A stretch of 34,320 nucleotides of DNA, from the IMG/VR virus record IMGVR_UViG_3300044847_000013, positions 1 to 34,320 of that record; one strand, given 5' to 3'. The stretch is from a virus (lineage: Duplodnaviria > Caudoviricetes). The notes under the pieces were generated by a model. The model did no database searches, was not told where the DNA came from, and saw only the letters and a program-made list of their open reading frames with translations. The position numbers and the translations under genes were made by a program. Shown here one piece after another: positions 1 through 7,764 of the stretch (position 1 is the stretch's first letter; each line of letters starts with the position of its first letter).

Positions 1-41
1 GCGACGACTGAAATCGAATCCAACTGAGGAGCCCAACAGAC

Positions 42-902
42 ATGACCACCGCTTTGCAAACGCTGACCAACAAACTCGCCTCCCGCTTCGACATGGGGGA
101 TGGCACTGGCCTGACTACGATCCTGAAGGGGACCGCTTTCAAGGTCAAGGAAGGGACGGTTTCCGATGACCAGATGGCAGCCCTCCTCGTTGTCGCGAAC
201 CAATATGGCCTGAACCCCTTCACCAAGGAAATCTTCGCCTACCCGGACAAGAACAACGGGATCGTGCCGGTGGTATCCGTGGACGGATGGTCGCGGATCA
301 TCAATGAGCATCCGCAGTTCGACGGGATCGAGTTCCGCTACTCCGAAGCGACGCTCACCCACAAGAACAAGACCGCCCATGAGTGGATCGAGTGCGTGAT
401 CACGCGCAAGGATCGCCGCGTGCCGATTGTCGTCCGTGAATACTTTGACGAGGTGGTGCGCGCCCTGAATTTCGCAACGCCATGGGACAGCCATCCGAAG
501 CGCATGCACCGGCACAAGGCCATGATCCAGTGTTCGCGGATCGCTTTCGGCTTCGCCGGCATCTTCGACCCGGACGAGGCCGAGCGGATCATCGAGATCA
601 ATCCTGGCGATGTCCAGAAGACAGCGCCCTCCGGGACGGTGATCGATGGTCGCACTGAGGTCGTTGAGTTCTATTCGCAAGTCGAGTTCGACAAGAACCT
701 CCCCTCCTGGAAACAGTACATCGCAGCGAAGAAAAAAACAGCGGAGCAAATCATCGCCACCGTCAGCAGCAAGGCGCCGCTTACCGATGAGCAGAAAAAG
801 ACCTTGCGCGATTTTGCAGCCGCGCAGCCAGCAGAAGGCGAAATGACCGAGGCCGAGATTGCCGAGGCGCGCGCCAGAGAACTTGCAGAAGCAACCGCTT
901 AA
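42..902 (+). CDS. bet: Phage recombination protein Bet (Red-beta/RecT family ssDNA annealing protein)
   Basis: Motifs closely match lambda Bet: ANQYGLNPFTKEIFAYPDKNNGIVPVVSVDGWSRIINE and PWDSHPKRMHRHKAMIQCSRIAFGFAGIFDPDEAERI. RBS GAGGAG upstream. Confidence 0.95.
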   Translation: MTTALQTLTNKLASRFDMGDGTGLTTILKGTAFKVKEGTVSDDQMAALLVVANQYGLNPFTKEIFAYPDKNNGIVPVVSVDGWSRIINEHPQFDGIEFRYSEATLTHKNKTAHEWIECVITRKDRRVPIVVREYFDEVVRALNFATPWDSHPKRMHRHKAMIQCSRIAFGFAGIFDPDEAERIIEINPGDVQKTAPSGTVIDGRTEVVEFYSQVEFDKNLPSWKQYIAAKKKTAEQIIATVSSKAPLTDEQKKTLRDFAAAQPAEGEMTEAEIAEARARELAEATA

Positions 903-915
903 TTGAGAGGACGCC

Positions 916-2700
916 ATGATCATTCACAACGTTGAGCCAGGGTCGCCCGCCTGGCACGCCCTGCGCACCAAACATCACCGGACCGGAAGTGTTGCGCCGG
1001 CGATGATGGGCGTCAGCAAGAACGTGAAGCGGAACGAGTTGCTGCACATGAAGGCCACCGGCAGCGAGCAGGAGTTCTCCGATTGGGTGCGGGAGAACAT
1101 CCTCGCCAAAGGCCACGAGTACGAGGCACTGGCACGCCCTATTGCCGTAAAGATCATCGGCGAAGACCTCTATCCGGTGACCGTTTCCGACGATGACGGC
1201 TACCTGCTCGCGAGCCTAGACGGCAAGACCATGCTTGACGACGTGATCTGGGAGCACAAGCAGCCGAATGCCGAACTGATGGCCGCAGTTCGCGCCGGCC
1301 TGTGTCCGGAGTACCACTACTGGCAAGTCGTTCAGGGCTTCGCCATCACCGGGGCCGAACGCTGTTTGTTCCAGGTGTCGGACGGCACCGAGGAAAACGA
1401 AGCCCACTGCTGGGTCGAGCGCAACGAAGACGACGTCGCTCGCCTGCGCGCCGCATGGAAACAGTTCGATGAAGACCTTGCCGCCTACGTACCACCCGAA
1501 GTCGTGCCGGCTGCCGTCGCTGCCCCGATCAAGGATCTTCCGGCGGTCATCTACAAGCGCGATGGCCTCGCGCTGACGTCGAACCTCGAAGAGTACAAGG
1601 TCGCTGCACTCAAGTTGGTCGAAGACTCGAAATTGCCGATGGTCACCGACCAGGATTTCGTGGATCGCATCGCCCTGTGCAAGAAGTTCAAGACCGCCGA
1701 GGAAACCATTGAACTCCTGCAGGGCCAAGTCGTCGGCGAACTCAAGGACATCAATGCGTTCTGCACGGGCCTGGGCGAGGTAGGCAAACTGATCCGGCAG
1801 GCCAGGCTGTCCGGCGAAAAGCTTGTCGAGGCGGAGAAGGAGAATCGCCGCTTGGCGATCATCAACGGGGCCAAGGCCAAGTGGGCGGAACACACCGCCG
1901 CCCTGAATGCGCGACTTGGCAAGCCCTACATGCCGGTGATCGCTGCCGACTTCGTCGCCGCCATCAAGGGGCTGAAGAACCTGGACAGCATGCAGAACGC
2001 CGCCGATACCGAACTGGCGCGCGCCAAGATCGAGGCCAACGCGGTTGCCGACAAGATCGACGCCAACCTCAAGACGCTGCGGACGTTGGCCGCGGACCAT
2101 TCATTCCTCTTCGCTGACACGCCGCAGATCGTGCTCAAGGCGCCGGACGACCTGGAAGCACTGGTCAAGACGCGGATCGCCGAGCACAAGGCCGCCGAAG
2201 AGAAGAAGCAGGCCGAGGAACGGGAGCGCATCCGCCAGGAGGAACTGGCCCGCATCGAACGCGAAAACGCCGAACGCGCCAAGGCGGAAAAGGAAGCGGC
2301 TGAGAAGGCGGCCCAGCAGCAACCCACGGCGCCGACCATGGACAATGTGCCGGCTGCGGCAACGCCGGCAGCAATCGCTGAAGCCTTCGGACAGACCGCC
2401 GTCCCCGCCGCTCTGCCATCCACGGTCATCCAAGCCCCGCCACTGCACGCTGCCGATCCGTCAAACGTCGCCAAGATCAACATGGCGATCGACCCGGTGG
2501 CCCGCATCCGCCTCGGCGAACTCTCCGCCCTACTCGGCTTTGCCGTGACCGCCGATTTCCTGGCCGAGCGCGGCTTCCAACCGGTCGCCACCGACAAGGC
2601 AGCCAAACTCTACCGGGCCTGTGACGTGCCGGCGATCTGTGCCGCCATCTCCCGCCATGTCGCCAACGTCGGCAACAACTACCTGCTGAGGGCCGCCTGA
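916..2700 (+). CDS. YqaJ/lambda-exonuclease-family protein with long coiled-coil C-terminal extension
   Basis: N-terminal PGSPAWHALR, GHEYEALAR, LLASLDG, WEHK and YYW-like YWQVVQ motifs. Directly follows bet. The C-terminal ~400 aa are helical and E/K/A-rich. Confidence 0.88.
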   Translation: MIIHNVEPGSPAWHALRTKHHRTGSVAPAMMGVSKNVKRNELLHMKATGSEQEFSDWVRENILAKGHEYEALARPIAVKIIGEDLYPVTVSDDDGYLLASLDGKTMLDDVIWEHKQPNAELMAAVRAGLCPEYHYWQVVQGFAITGAERCLFQVSDGTEENEAHCWVERNEDDVARLRAAWKQFDEDLAAYVPPEVVPAAVAAPIKDLPAVIYKRDGLALTSNLEEYKVAALKLVEDSKLPMVTDQDFVDRIALCKKFKTAEETIELLQGQVVGELKDINAFCTGLGEVGKLIRQARLSGEKLVEAEKENRRLAIINGAKAKWAEHTAALNARLGKPYMPVIAADFVAAIKGLKNLDSMQNAADTELARAKIEANAVADKIDANLKTLRTLAADHSFLFADTPQIVLKAPDDLEALVKTRIAEHKAAEEKKQAEERERIRQEELARIERENAERAKAEKEAAEKAAQQQPTAPTMDNVPAAATPAAIAEAFGQTAVPAALPSTVIQAPPLHAADPSNVAKINMAIDPVARIRLGELSALLGFAVTADFLAERGFQPVATDKAAKLYRACDVPAICAAISRHVANVGNNYLLRAA

Positions 2701-3383
2701 TGAACGCACCTGCTCAATCCGACATGCTCGTCATTCCCGACGATTCGAGCATCGCAAACCGCCTAATCTGCCGCGTCAATTCCGTGGCCATCAAGGCCGC
2801 CTTCCCTTTCATCGCTGAAGACGACGTGCGCTTCTATCTGTGCGGCGTAAACATCCGTCCTCTTGACGACGGCGGGGTCATGATCGTTGCCACCGACGGA
2901 CACCGCTTCGTCATTGTCCGCGATCCGAACGGCTACGCTGAAACGGAAGTAATCGCCGCAGTCTCGAAGGATGCAATCAAGCATGCCGACGCAAAGGTGA
3001 CCTTCGATGTCATGAACAACGGCTCGGCCGTCTGGAACGACATAGCGACGCAACCCGTGTTCGTCCAACCTGGGAAGTCGGTGATCAACGGAGATTTTCC
3101 GCGTATCGAGAGCGTGATTGACTGCACGGGCTATCTCGAAGGCATCAGCGGCGCGGTCAACATGAACTTCCTCGCCGACGTGCTGAAAATCAAGATGGGG
3201 ACCAAGGCGCCGGCCATTCGGTTTTTCTCCCGTGACGAGGATTCGCCGCTTCTGTTCCTGCTCTCTGGGATCGGAGAAGTCGAGGTGATCGGCGGAATCA
3301 TGAAGGTTCGCGACGCCTTGCAATGGCTGCCGACATGGTTGCCGCCGCGCGGTGAATTCAAGTTGCAGCAGGAGTCCGCATGA
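2700..3383 (+). CDS. DNA polymerase III beta-clamp-like phage protein (partial clamp fold)
   Basis: DDVRFYLCGV, IVATDGHRF and GDFPRIESVI resemble the DnaN central-domain motifs. At 227 aa it is shorter than a full DnaN. Confidence 0.7.
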   Translation: MNAPAQSDMLVIPDDSSIANRLICRVNSVAIKAAFPFIAEDDVRFYLCGVNIRPLDDGGVMIVATDGHRFVIVRDPNGYAETEVIAAVSKDAIKHADAKVTFDVMNNGSAVWNDIATQPVFVQPGKSVINGDFPRIESVIDCTGYLEGISGAVNMNFLADVLKIKMGTKAPAIRFFSRDEDSPLLFLLSGIGEVEVIGGIMKVRDALQWLPTWLPPRGEFKLQQESA

Positions 3384-3682
3384 GGCGCATCTACATCAGC
3401 GGCCCAATGACAGGTTTGCCGGGACTTAATTTTCCAGCGTTCCACGCCGAGGCCGCCCGCCTGCGAGCCATCGGCTACGACGTGGTCAATCCGGCCGAGC
3501 TCAGCCCGGACCAGAACGCCAGTTGGCACCAGTGCATGCGCCGCGACTTGGCCGCCCTGCTGACTTGTGACACGTTGGCTTTACTTGAGGGATGGACCAC
3601 CTCTGCAGGCGCCCACCTGGAAATGCACGTCGCCCACCGTGTGGGAATGGAGATCGTGATTGCGAGCGAGGTGATCGAGTGA
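3380..3682 (+). CDS. DUF4406 family protein (nucleoside deoxyribosyltransferase-like fold)
   Basis: RIYISGPMTG, N.PAFHAEAARLR, VVNPAE, CD.L.LLEGW..S.GA.LE motifs. ATGA overlap with the previous gene. Confidence 0.88.
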   Translation: MRRIYISGPMTGLPGLNFPAFHAEAARLRAIGYDVVNPAELSPDQNASWHQCMRRDLAALLTCDTLALLEGWTTSAGAHLEMHVAHRVGMEIVIASEVIE

Positions 3683-3733
3683 ACAAAGCGCTAAGTGGCG
3701 ACGGGCAAGCGCAGCTTTAGCGCCGAGTTCGGC
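3678..3733 (-). repeat. attC-like site 0 (short, degenerate)
   Basis: AGTGAAC-aaagc-GCTAAG...CTT[T]AGC-gccga-GTTCGGC. Same 5-nt spacers and extra base position as the other sites, but the cores are non-consensus. Confidence 0.5.
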
Positions 3734-3751
3734 GCGATCGGGAGAGAGAAA

Positions 3752-3958
3752 ATGGAACCTGAATTCACTGAATTGTCTAGAGCGGCGCTGCTGTGGGTGC
3801 TGTGGCATCACCAGGGCGGCAGCAGCCCCGTGGGGCAGCCGATCCGCTTTGCTCTCGGCATGGGTGCGCACGACCCACTGAGCGAAGAGCAAGTGCAGAA
3901 GGCTCGGAGGTGGGCGGCTCTCACGAAATCCGAGACGCGCGATTTTCACGGGCGCTGA
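3752..3958 (+). CDS. Hypothetical protein, cassette 0 (68 aa)
   Basis: ATG 3752 with GGGAGAGAG RBS right after site 0; stops 5 nt before site 1. Confidence 0.65.
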   Translation: MEPEFTELSRAALLWVLWHHQGGSSPVGQPIRFALGMGAHDPLSEEQVQKARRWAALTKSETRDFHGR

Positions 3959-3962
3959 TCAT

Positions 3963-4047
3963 GAGGAACATGTAGGTAACGGGCGGCGCGGGGCGGCCAG
4001 AAGAAAGCGCCCCGCTTATTTACGTCCCGTTGACCGGATTGTTAGCG
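3963..4047 (-). repeat. attC-like site 1
   Basis: GAGGAAC-atgta-GGTAACGGG...CCCGTT[G]ACC-ggatt-GTTAGCG. Confidence 0.8.
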
Positions 4048-4071
4048 GGCGCGGTAGAAGCGGAGAACACG

Positions 4072-4317
4072 ATGACCAGAGAAGAATGGAAAGCCAGAGC
4101 AGCCACCCGGTACGCGGAGCGACTTGGCGTAACGGGAGACGAAGCGGGACGGCTGGCTCAGGAGCTTTACGACGGTCAAGACGGCGAGTTTTGCGAATAC
4201 GCGAACTATGACCCTGAAGGATGCGCCGACGAGGACATTGCCGAGCGCTCCTGCGGCGAAGAGGACGACGAAGAAATGGACGATGCGACCAGGTACGCGG
4301 CGCTGGGCTGCATGTGA
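4072..4317 (+). CDS. Acidic hypothetical protein, cassette 1 (81 aa)
   Basis: ATG 4072 after GGAG RBS; very D/E-rich C-terminal half; stop immediately before site 2. Confidence 0.7.
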   Translation: MTREEWKARAATRYAERLGVTGDEAGRLAQELYDGQDGEFCEYANYDPEGCADEDIAERSCGEEDDEEMDDATRYAALGCM

Positions 4318-4318
4318 C

Positions 4319-4410
4319 TGCTAACAACAGCGTAACCTGCAGCCGCGCGGAAGAGGATGAAGCGGAGTAGCGCCCCGCTTTCGGGCGTCAGGTTGACCGT
4401 AGAGTTAGAA
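4319..4410 (-). repeat. attC-like site 2
   Basis: TGCTAAC-aacag-CGTAACCTG...CAGGTT[G]ACC-gtaga-GTTAGAA. Confidence 0.85.
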
Positions 4411-4432
4411 GGCCCGACCACGAGACGAAAAG

Positions 4433-5275
4433 ATGCGCGACCCCTATAAGATTACCGAGCCGACATGCATCAGCTTCAGCGGCGGACGCACCAGCGGCTA
4501 CATGCTGTGGCGCGTGCTGCGGAGCAATGGCGGCCTGCCCGCCGATGCCACGGTGTGCTTCGCCAACACCGGCAAAGAGGAAGAGGCAACGCTGCGCTTT
4601 GTGCGCGACTGTGCCGAACGGTGGGGCGTACCGATTACCTGGTTGGAATTCCGCGACGATGACGCCGGGTTTGCCGTGGTGGATTTTGAGACCGCCAGCC
4701 GGGATGGCGAACCGTTTGAGGCGCTGATTCGCAAGCGGAATTACCTGCCGAATCCGGTGGCGCGGTTCTGCACAGTCGAGATGAAGATCCTGACCATTGA
4801 GCGGCACTTGAAGGCGAGCGGCTGGGACGACTGGGTGAGCATGGTTGGCGTGCGCGCCGACGAGCCGCGCCGAGTTGCCAAGATGCGCGCTGACCCGAAA
4901 GGCGGGCGAGCCAGTGCGACCCGAGCGCTGCCCCTAGCCGATGACGACATTGACGCAGCGCAGGTGGGCGCGTTCTGGCGGGCGCAGCCGTTCGACCTGG
5001 AACTGCCGAACATGAACGGCACGACGGTGCACGGCAACTGCGACCTGTGCTTTTTGAAAGGGGCCGGCCAAGTGTTGAGCCTGATTGCGGAGAAGCCGAG
5101 CCGGGCGACGTGGTGGGCGCGGATGGAAAGCAGCATCACGAACGCCAAGATCCAGAACGGCGGACGGTTTCGGAGTGACCGCCCGAGTTATGAGCAGATG
5201 GTGACGTTCGCCACAGCGCAGGCCGACGCTTTCGGCTACGAAGACGAAGGCATCGCATGCTTCTGCGGCGACTGA
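4433..5275 (+). CDS. PAPS-reductase-like / PP-loop adenine-nucleotide alpha-hydrolase family protein, cassette 2
   Basis: ISFSGGRTS PP-loop, FANTGKE, RFCTVEMKI, GVRADEPRR, GNCDLCFLK and terminal CFCGD. Confidence 0.85.
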   Translation: MRDPYKITEPTCISFSGGRTSGYMLWRVLRSNGGLPADATVCFANTGKEEEATLRFVRDCAERWGVPITWLEFRDDDAGFAVVDFETASRDGEPFEALIRKRNYLPNPVARFCTVEMKILTIERHLKASGWDDWVSMVGVRADEPRRVAKMRADPKGGRASATRALPLADDDIDAAQVGAFWRAQPFDLELPNMNGTTVHGNCDLCFLKGAGQVLSLIAEKPSRATWWARMESSITNAKIQNGGRFRSDRPSYEQMVTFATAQADAFGYEDEGIACFCGD

Positions 5276-5279
5276 CGCC

Positions 5280-5364
5280 TTCTAACGAATAGTTAAGCAG
5301 CGGCGCGAGGCTGGTTCAGAAACGCGCCCCGCTTAAAACCGTCAGCTTCATCGTAGTGTTAGGC
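5280..5364 (-). repeat. attC-like site 3
   Basis: TTCTAAC-gaata-GTTAAGCAG...CAGCTT[C]ATC-gtagt-GTTAGGC; 5282-5335 is identical to 5761-5814 (54 bp). Confidence 0.85.
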
Positions 5365-5387
5365 TGGTTACTACAACGAGAGGAAAG

Positions 5388-5582
5388 ATGATGTACGGAT
5401 GCAGATCGCTGGACGATGACGAGCTCGTCGAAGAGGGCGACATCATAAAGGACGTTGAGGCCGGAGAGTACCGCGAGGTTGCCGTCGATTCGTTCGATGC
5501 GCTGGCCATCGGTCTGGATGCTGGCGCGGTGCGCAAGTGGGACAACGTCAACGATGTGCTGCGTCGGGTGTCGGTAACGTGA
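5388..5582 (+). CDS. Acidic hypothetical protein, cassette 3 first ORF
   Basis: GAGAGGA RBS after site 3; 64 aa, D/E-rich. Confidence 0.7.
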   Translation: MMYGCRSLDDDELVEEGDIIKDVEAGEYREVAVDSFDALAIGLDAGAVRKWDNVNDVLRRVSVT

Positions 5583-5596
5583 CGCCTATCTTAATT

Positions 5597-5764
5597 ATGG
5601 CCAGAGGGCAATATGAACTATGGCTATGTGAAAAAGTGGACGGGGCGCTATCCCCGGTTCCTGGGACCGGCCCGCTCTCTCTGCCGCCAGACTGGCGCGA
5701 TGCGATCCGCGAGGCGGACAGGCAGCGCGAATTGTCTCGTGGGGCTGAATATGACGCCGCCTAA
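5597..5764 (+). CDS. Hypothetical protein, cassette 3 second ORF (55 aa)
   Basis: ATG 5597 in the frame of the listed 5537..5764 ORF; TAA stop lies in the GCCTAAC core of site 4; no clear RBS. Confidence 0.45.
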   Translation: MARGQYELWLCEKVDGALSPVPGTGPLSLPPDWRDAIREADRQRELSRGAEYDAA

Positions 5765-5844
5765 CGAATAGTTAAGCAGCGGCGCGAGGCTGGTTCAGAA
5801 ACGCGCCCCGCTTACGTTACGTCTGCTTCAACGTTTTGTTGGGC
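5759..5844 (-). repeat. attC-like site 4
   Basis: GCCTAAC-gaata-GTTAAGCAG...CTGCTT[C]AAC-gtttt-GTTGGGC. Confidence 0.85.
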
Positions 5845-5865
5845 TGGTATCTACGGAGAAAGAAA

Positions 5866-6033
5866 ATGTTTGTGATGATCCACGAGAGCGGCGACATGGT
5901 TCTATTGAAAGAACTGACTGATAACGACACCAATGCGGCAGACGACGGCATTGTCGATCTGCTGGATGTCTCAACCGCAGACAAGCCGCTGCGGTATTTC
6001 AATGGCGAGTGGGAAGAAATTGAATCCGCCTAA
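5866..6033 (+). CDS. Acidic hypothetical protein, cassette 4 (55 aa)
   Basis: ATG 5866 after ACGGAGAAAG RBS; TAA stop in the core of site 5. Confidence 0.7.
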   Translation: MFVMIHESGDMVLLKELTDNDTNAADDGIVDLLDVSTADKPLRYFNGEWEEIESA

Positions 6034-6117
6034 CGAGTAGGTAACATGCAACCGCGCTGTGCGGTTGATCGAAGAAGCGCCCCGCTTCCGGTTGTCAGGT
6101 TGACCGGCATGTTGGGC
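6028..6117 (-). repeat. attC-like site 5
   Basis: GCCTAAC-gagta-GGTAACATG...CAGGTT[G]ACC-ggcat-GTTGGGC. Confidence 0.85.
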
Positions 6118-6144
6118 TAGTGGATACAACGAAAGGAAAAGGCA

Positions 6145-6612
6145 ATGGGAGTTTCGACAAACGGAGAGATTTTTTACGGGGTTGTCTTCGAGGAGGACTA
6201 CGAATTTCCGTGGGACAAAGAGCATGACGGCGATATTGACGCCTGGTGGCTCTACGGAGTACATGGATTCAAGCATTCGTTCGAACTCTACGATGCGATG
6301 GGCAATTGCCTGAACGGCCGCGAGCCGAGCAGCGAGGAAAGCGGCCGCTACTTCGACGAAAGCCGCGCGTTTGTTGAAGCGCACCCGCTGCCGGTGGAGT
6401 TGGTGAATTACTGTTCCGGCGACTACCCGATGTACGCACTGGCGGTTCCAGGCACCGTTATTACGGCGCGACGCGGCTACCCCGCAGAGTTCGACCCGGC
6501 CACGCTGACGGTAAAGATGGAGCAGGTCGATGCGCTGAGGGAGTTCTGTGCCGACCACGAAATTGAGTTTCCAAAGGAGCCCGCGTGGCTGCTTACCAGC
6601 TGCTGGGACTAG
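6145..6612 (+). CDS. Acidic hypothetical protein, cassette 5 (155 aa)
   Basis: AAAGGA RBS; fills the interval between sites 5 and 6 exactly. Confidence 0.8.
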   Translation: MGVSTNGEIFYGVVFEEDYEFPWDKEHDGDIDAWWLYGVHGFKHSFELYDAMGNCLNGREPSSEESGRYFDESRAFVEAHPLPVELVNYCSGDYPMYALAVPGTVITARRGYPAEFDPATLTVKMEQVDALREFCADHEIEFPKEPAWLLTSCWD

Positions 6613-6613
6613 C

Positions 6614-6701
6614 ACATAACGTCACGGTAAGCGGCCGCGGCGCTCTCACGGTTGAAGAGACGCCCTGCTTACCTTACGTCGCGTTGACGCAAATGTTAGG
6701 C
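6614..6701 (-). repeat. attC-like site 6
   Basis: ACATAAC-gtcac-GGTAAGCG...CGCGTT[G]ACG-caaat-GTTAGGC. Confidence 0.78.
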
Positions 6702-6713
6702 ATGGAGGCGACG

Positions 6714-7019
6714 ATGTTTGGCGACCCGAACGACGCTAGAAGCTACGAAGACTGGATGAACGACATGGCGACCAACAAACCACAACGGATGCCACGAGGC
6801 TGGCAAGCGCAATACCAACTGCGCTGCGACTGCTGCGGGAAGTTTGTTCGACCGGGCGAACCGGGCGGCAGTTGGGTGATGGTGCCGGGGACGGACTGGA
6901 ACGCAGAAGACGAGCGCGAACGCTGCCCGGCCTGCACCGAAAAACACGGGCAAGCGCGCTGTGGGCTTGGGTACGTTGAACACCTGTGCTGCGGCATGAA
7001 TGCGATGCCTAACGTCTGA
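6714..7019 (+). CDS. Cys-rich putative zinc-binding protein, cassette 6 (101 aa)
   Basis: ATG 6714 after GGAGG; CDCC, CPAC and C..HLCC clusters; ends PNV* through the core of site 7. Confidence 0.7.
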   Translation: MFGDPNDARSYEDWMNDMATNKPQRMPRGWQAQYQLRCDCCGKFVRPGEPGGSWVMVPGTDWNAEDERERCPACTEKHGQARCGLGYVEHLCCGMNAMPNV

Positions 7020-7030
7020 ATTAACCGGCA
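7007..7030 (-). repeat. attC-like site 7, left half only (truncated)
   Basis: GCCTAAC-gtctg-AATTAACCGG with no matching ...GTTRRRY arm before the next RBS. Confidence 0.65.
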
Positions 7031-7057
7031 CGCCGACCACGAAACGAACAAGGAGAG

Positions 7058-7330
7058 ATGATGATGATGATGATGATGCAAGAACAGATTGAAGGCGCGC
7101 AGAGCGAGAACGAGGTGCTGCGTAATGCGTTGCGCTGGCGCGAGCCTGATGAGGAGCCGCGCGAAGGACAGGAGGTGTTGGCGGTGATCTACCCGTACAA
7201 CAACACGAGCAACCGCATGAACATCGTTCATGCGCGCTACTGCGGCGGCAAGTTCGTGGATGACGCGGACGGCAGAGACCTGCACCCGGCGCACTATTGG
7301 ATGCCGGCGCCCGTGATCCCCGGGGCCTAA
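7058..7330 (+). CDS. DUF551-like hypothetical protein, cassette 7
   Basis: WREPDEEPREGQEVL...HYWMPAP pattern typical of DUF551; AAGGAG RBS; begins with seven ATG codons; TAA stop in the core of site 8. Confidence 0.65.
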   Translation: MMMMMMMQEQIEGAQSENEVLRNALRWREPDEEPREGQEVLAVIYPYNNTSNRMNIVHARYCGGKFVDDADGRDLHPAHYWMPAPVIPGA

Positions 7331-7403
7331 CGTGGGAGCTAAGGCGCCCACAGCGGCGGACAGGCTGTGCCGCTGTGGGTCGCCCTTGAGCGACAGGTTA
7401 GGC
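7325..7403 (-). repeat. attC-like site 8
   Basis: GCCTAAC-gtggga-GCTAAGGCGCCCACAGCGGC...GCCGCTGTGGG[T]CGC[C]CTT[G]AGC-gacag-GTTAGGC; long stem with three bulged bases. Confidence 0.9.
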
Positions 7404-7426
7404 CACGCTGTGGCCGGAGCGAGACG

Positions 7427-7651
7427 ATGGCAACACACCAACGATGCGAATGGAACTGCGGCAGCACTGCCTGCGATGCGCCGAAACGACCGCCTCTCGA
7501 AGATGGCCCAGCAATCAACCTGGGCCGCTACGCTGGCACCTATGGCGGCTACACGACGGAACCGCCGAAGCCGCGAACCTTGTGGCAACGCTTCCAAGCG
7601 TGGCGCGAGCGCACCGGGTTCTTCATGGACGGCCGCGATGGTGGCATGTGA
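7427..7651 (+). CDS. Hypothetical protein, cassette 8 (74 aa)
   Basis: ATG 7427 after GGAG; stops 4 nt before site 9. Confidence 0.6.
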   Translation: MATHQRCEWNCGSTACDAPKRPPLEDGPAINLGRYAGTYGGYTTEPPKPRTLWQRFQAWRERTGFFMDGRDGGM

Positions 7652-7655
7652 ACGG

Positions 7656-7746
7656 GCCTAACGCTTAGCTGTGGGACCGCTGCGCGCGGCATTTACTACG
7701 GAGCGAAGGCCGCTGTTCGGCGGCCCACTCGAAGCGCCTGTTAGGT
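7656..7746 (-). repeat. attC-like site 9 (L boxes degenerate)
   Basis: GCCTAAC-gctta-GCTGTGGGACCGC...GCGGCCCACTCGAAGCGCCT-GTTAGGT. Confidence 0.7.
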
Positions 7747-7764
7747 GCATTGCGGAGAAAGAAC

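Noticed and set aside
5584-5596. Additional attC-like site between the two ORFs of cassette 3 (GCCTATC)
   Set aside because: It resembles a mutated GCCTAAC right after a stop, but AAC is broken and no L box or right arm follows. It may be a relic but is not supportable.
7058-7078. Phase-variable on/off switch at the (ATG)7 tract
   Set aside because: A trinucleotide unit keeps the reading frame, so length changes would not switch the gene off.
338-7597. - strand ORFs over the early region (e.g. 1216..2100, 5971..6615, 6743..7597) as the true cassette genes in canonical orientation
   Set aside because: They run across attC-like sites or shadow recognisable + strand genes. The + strand ORFs have RBSs and fit the cassette boundaries exactly.
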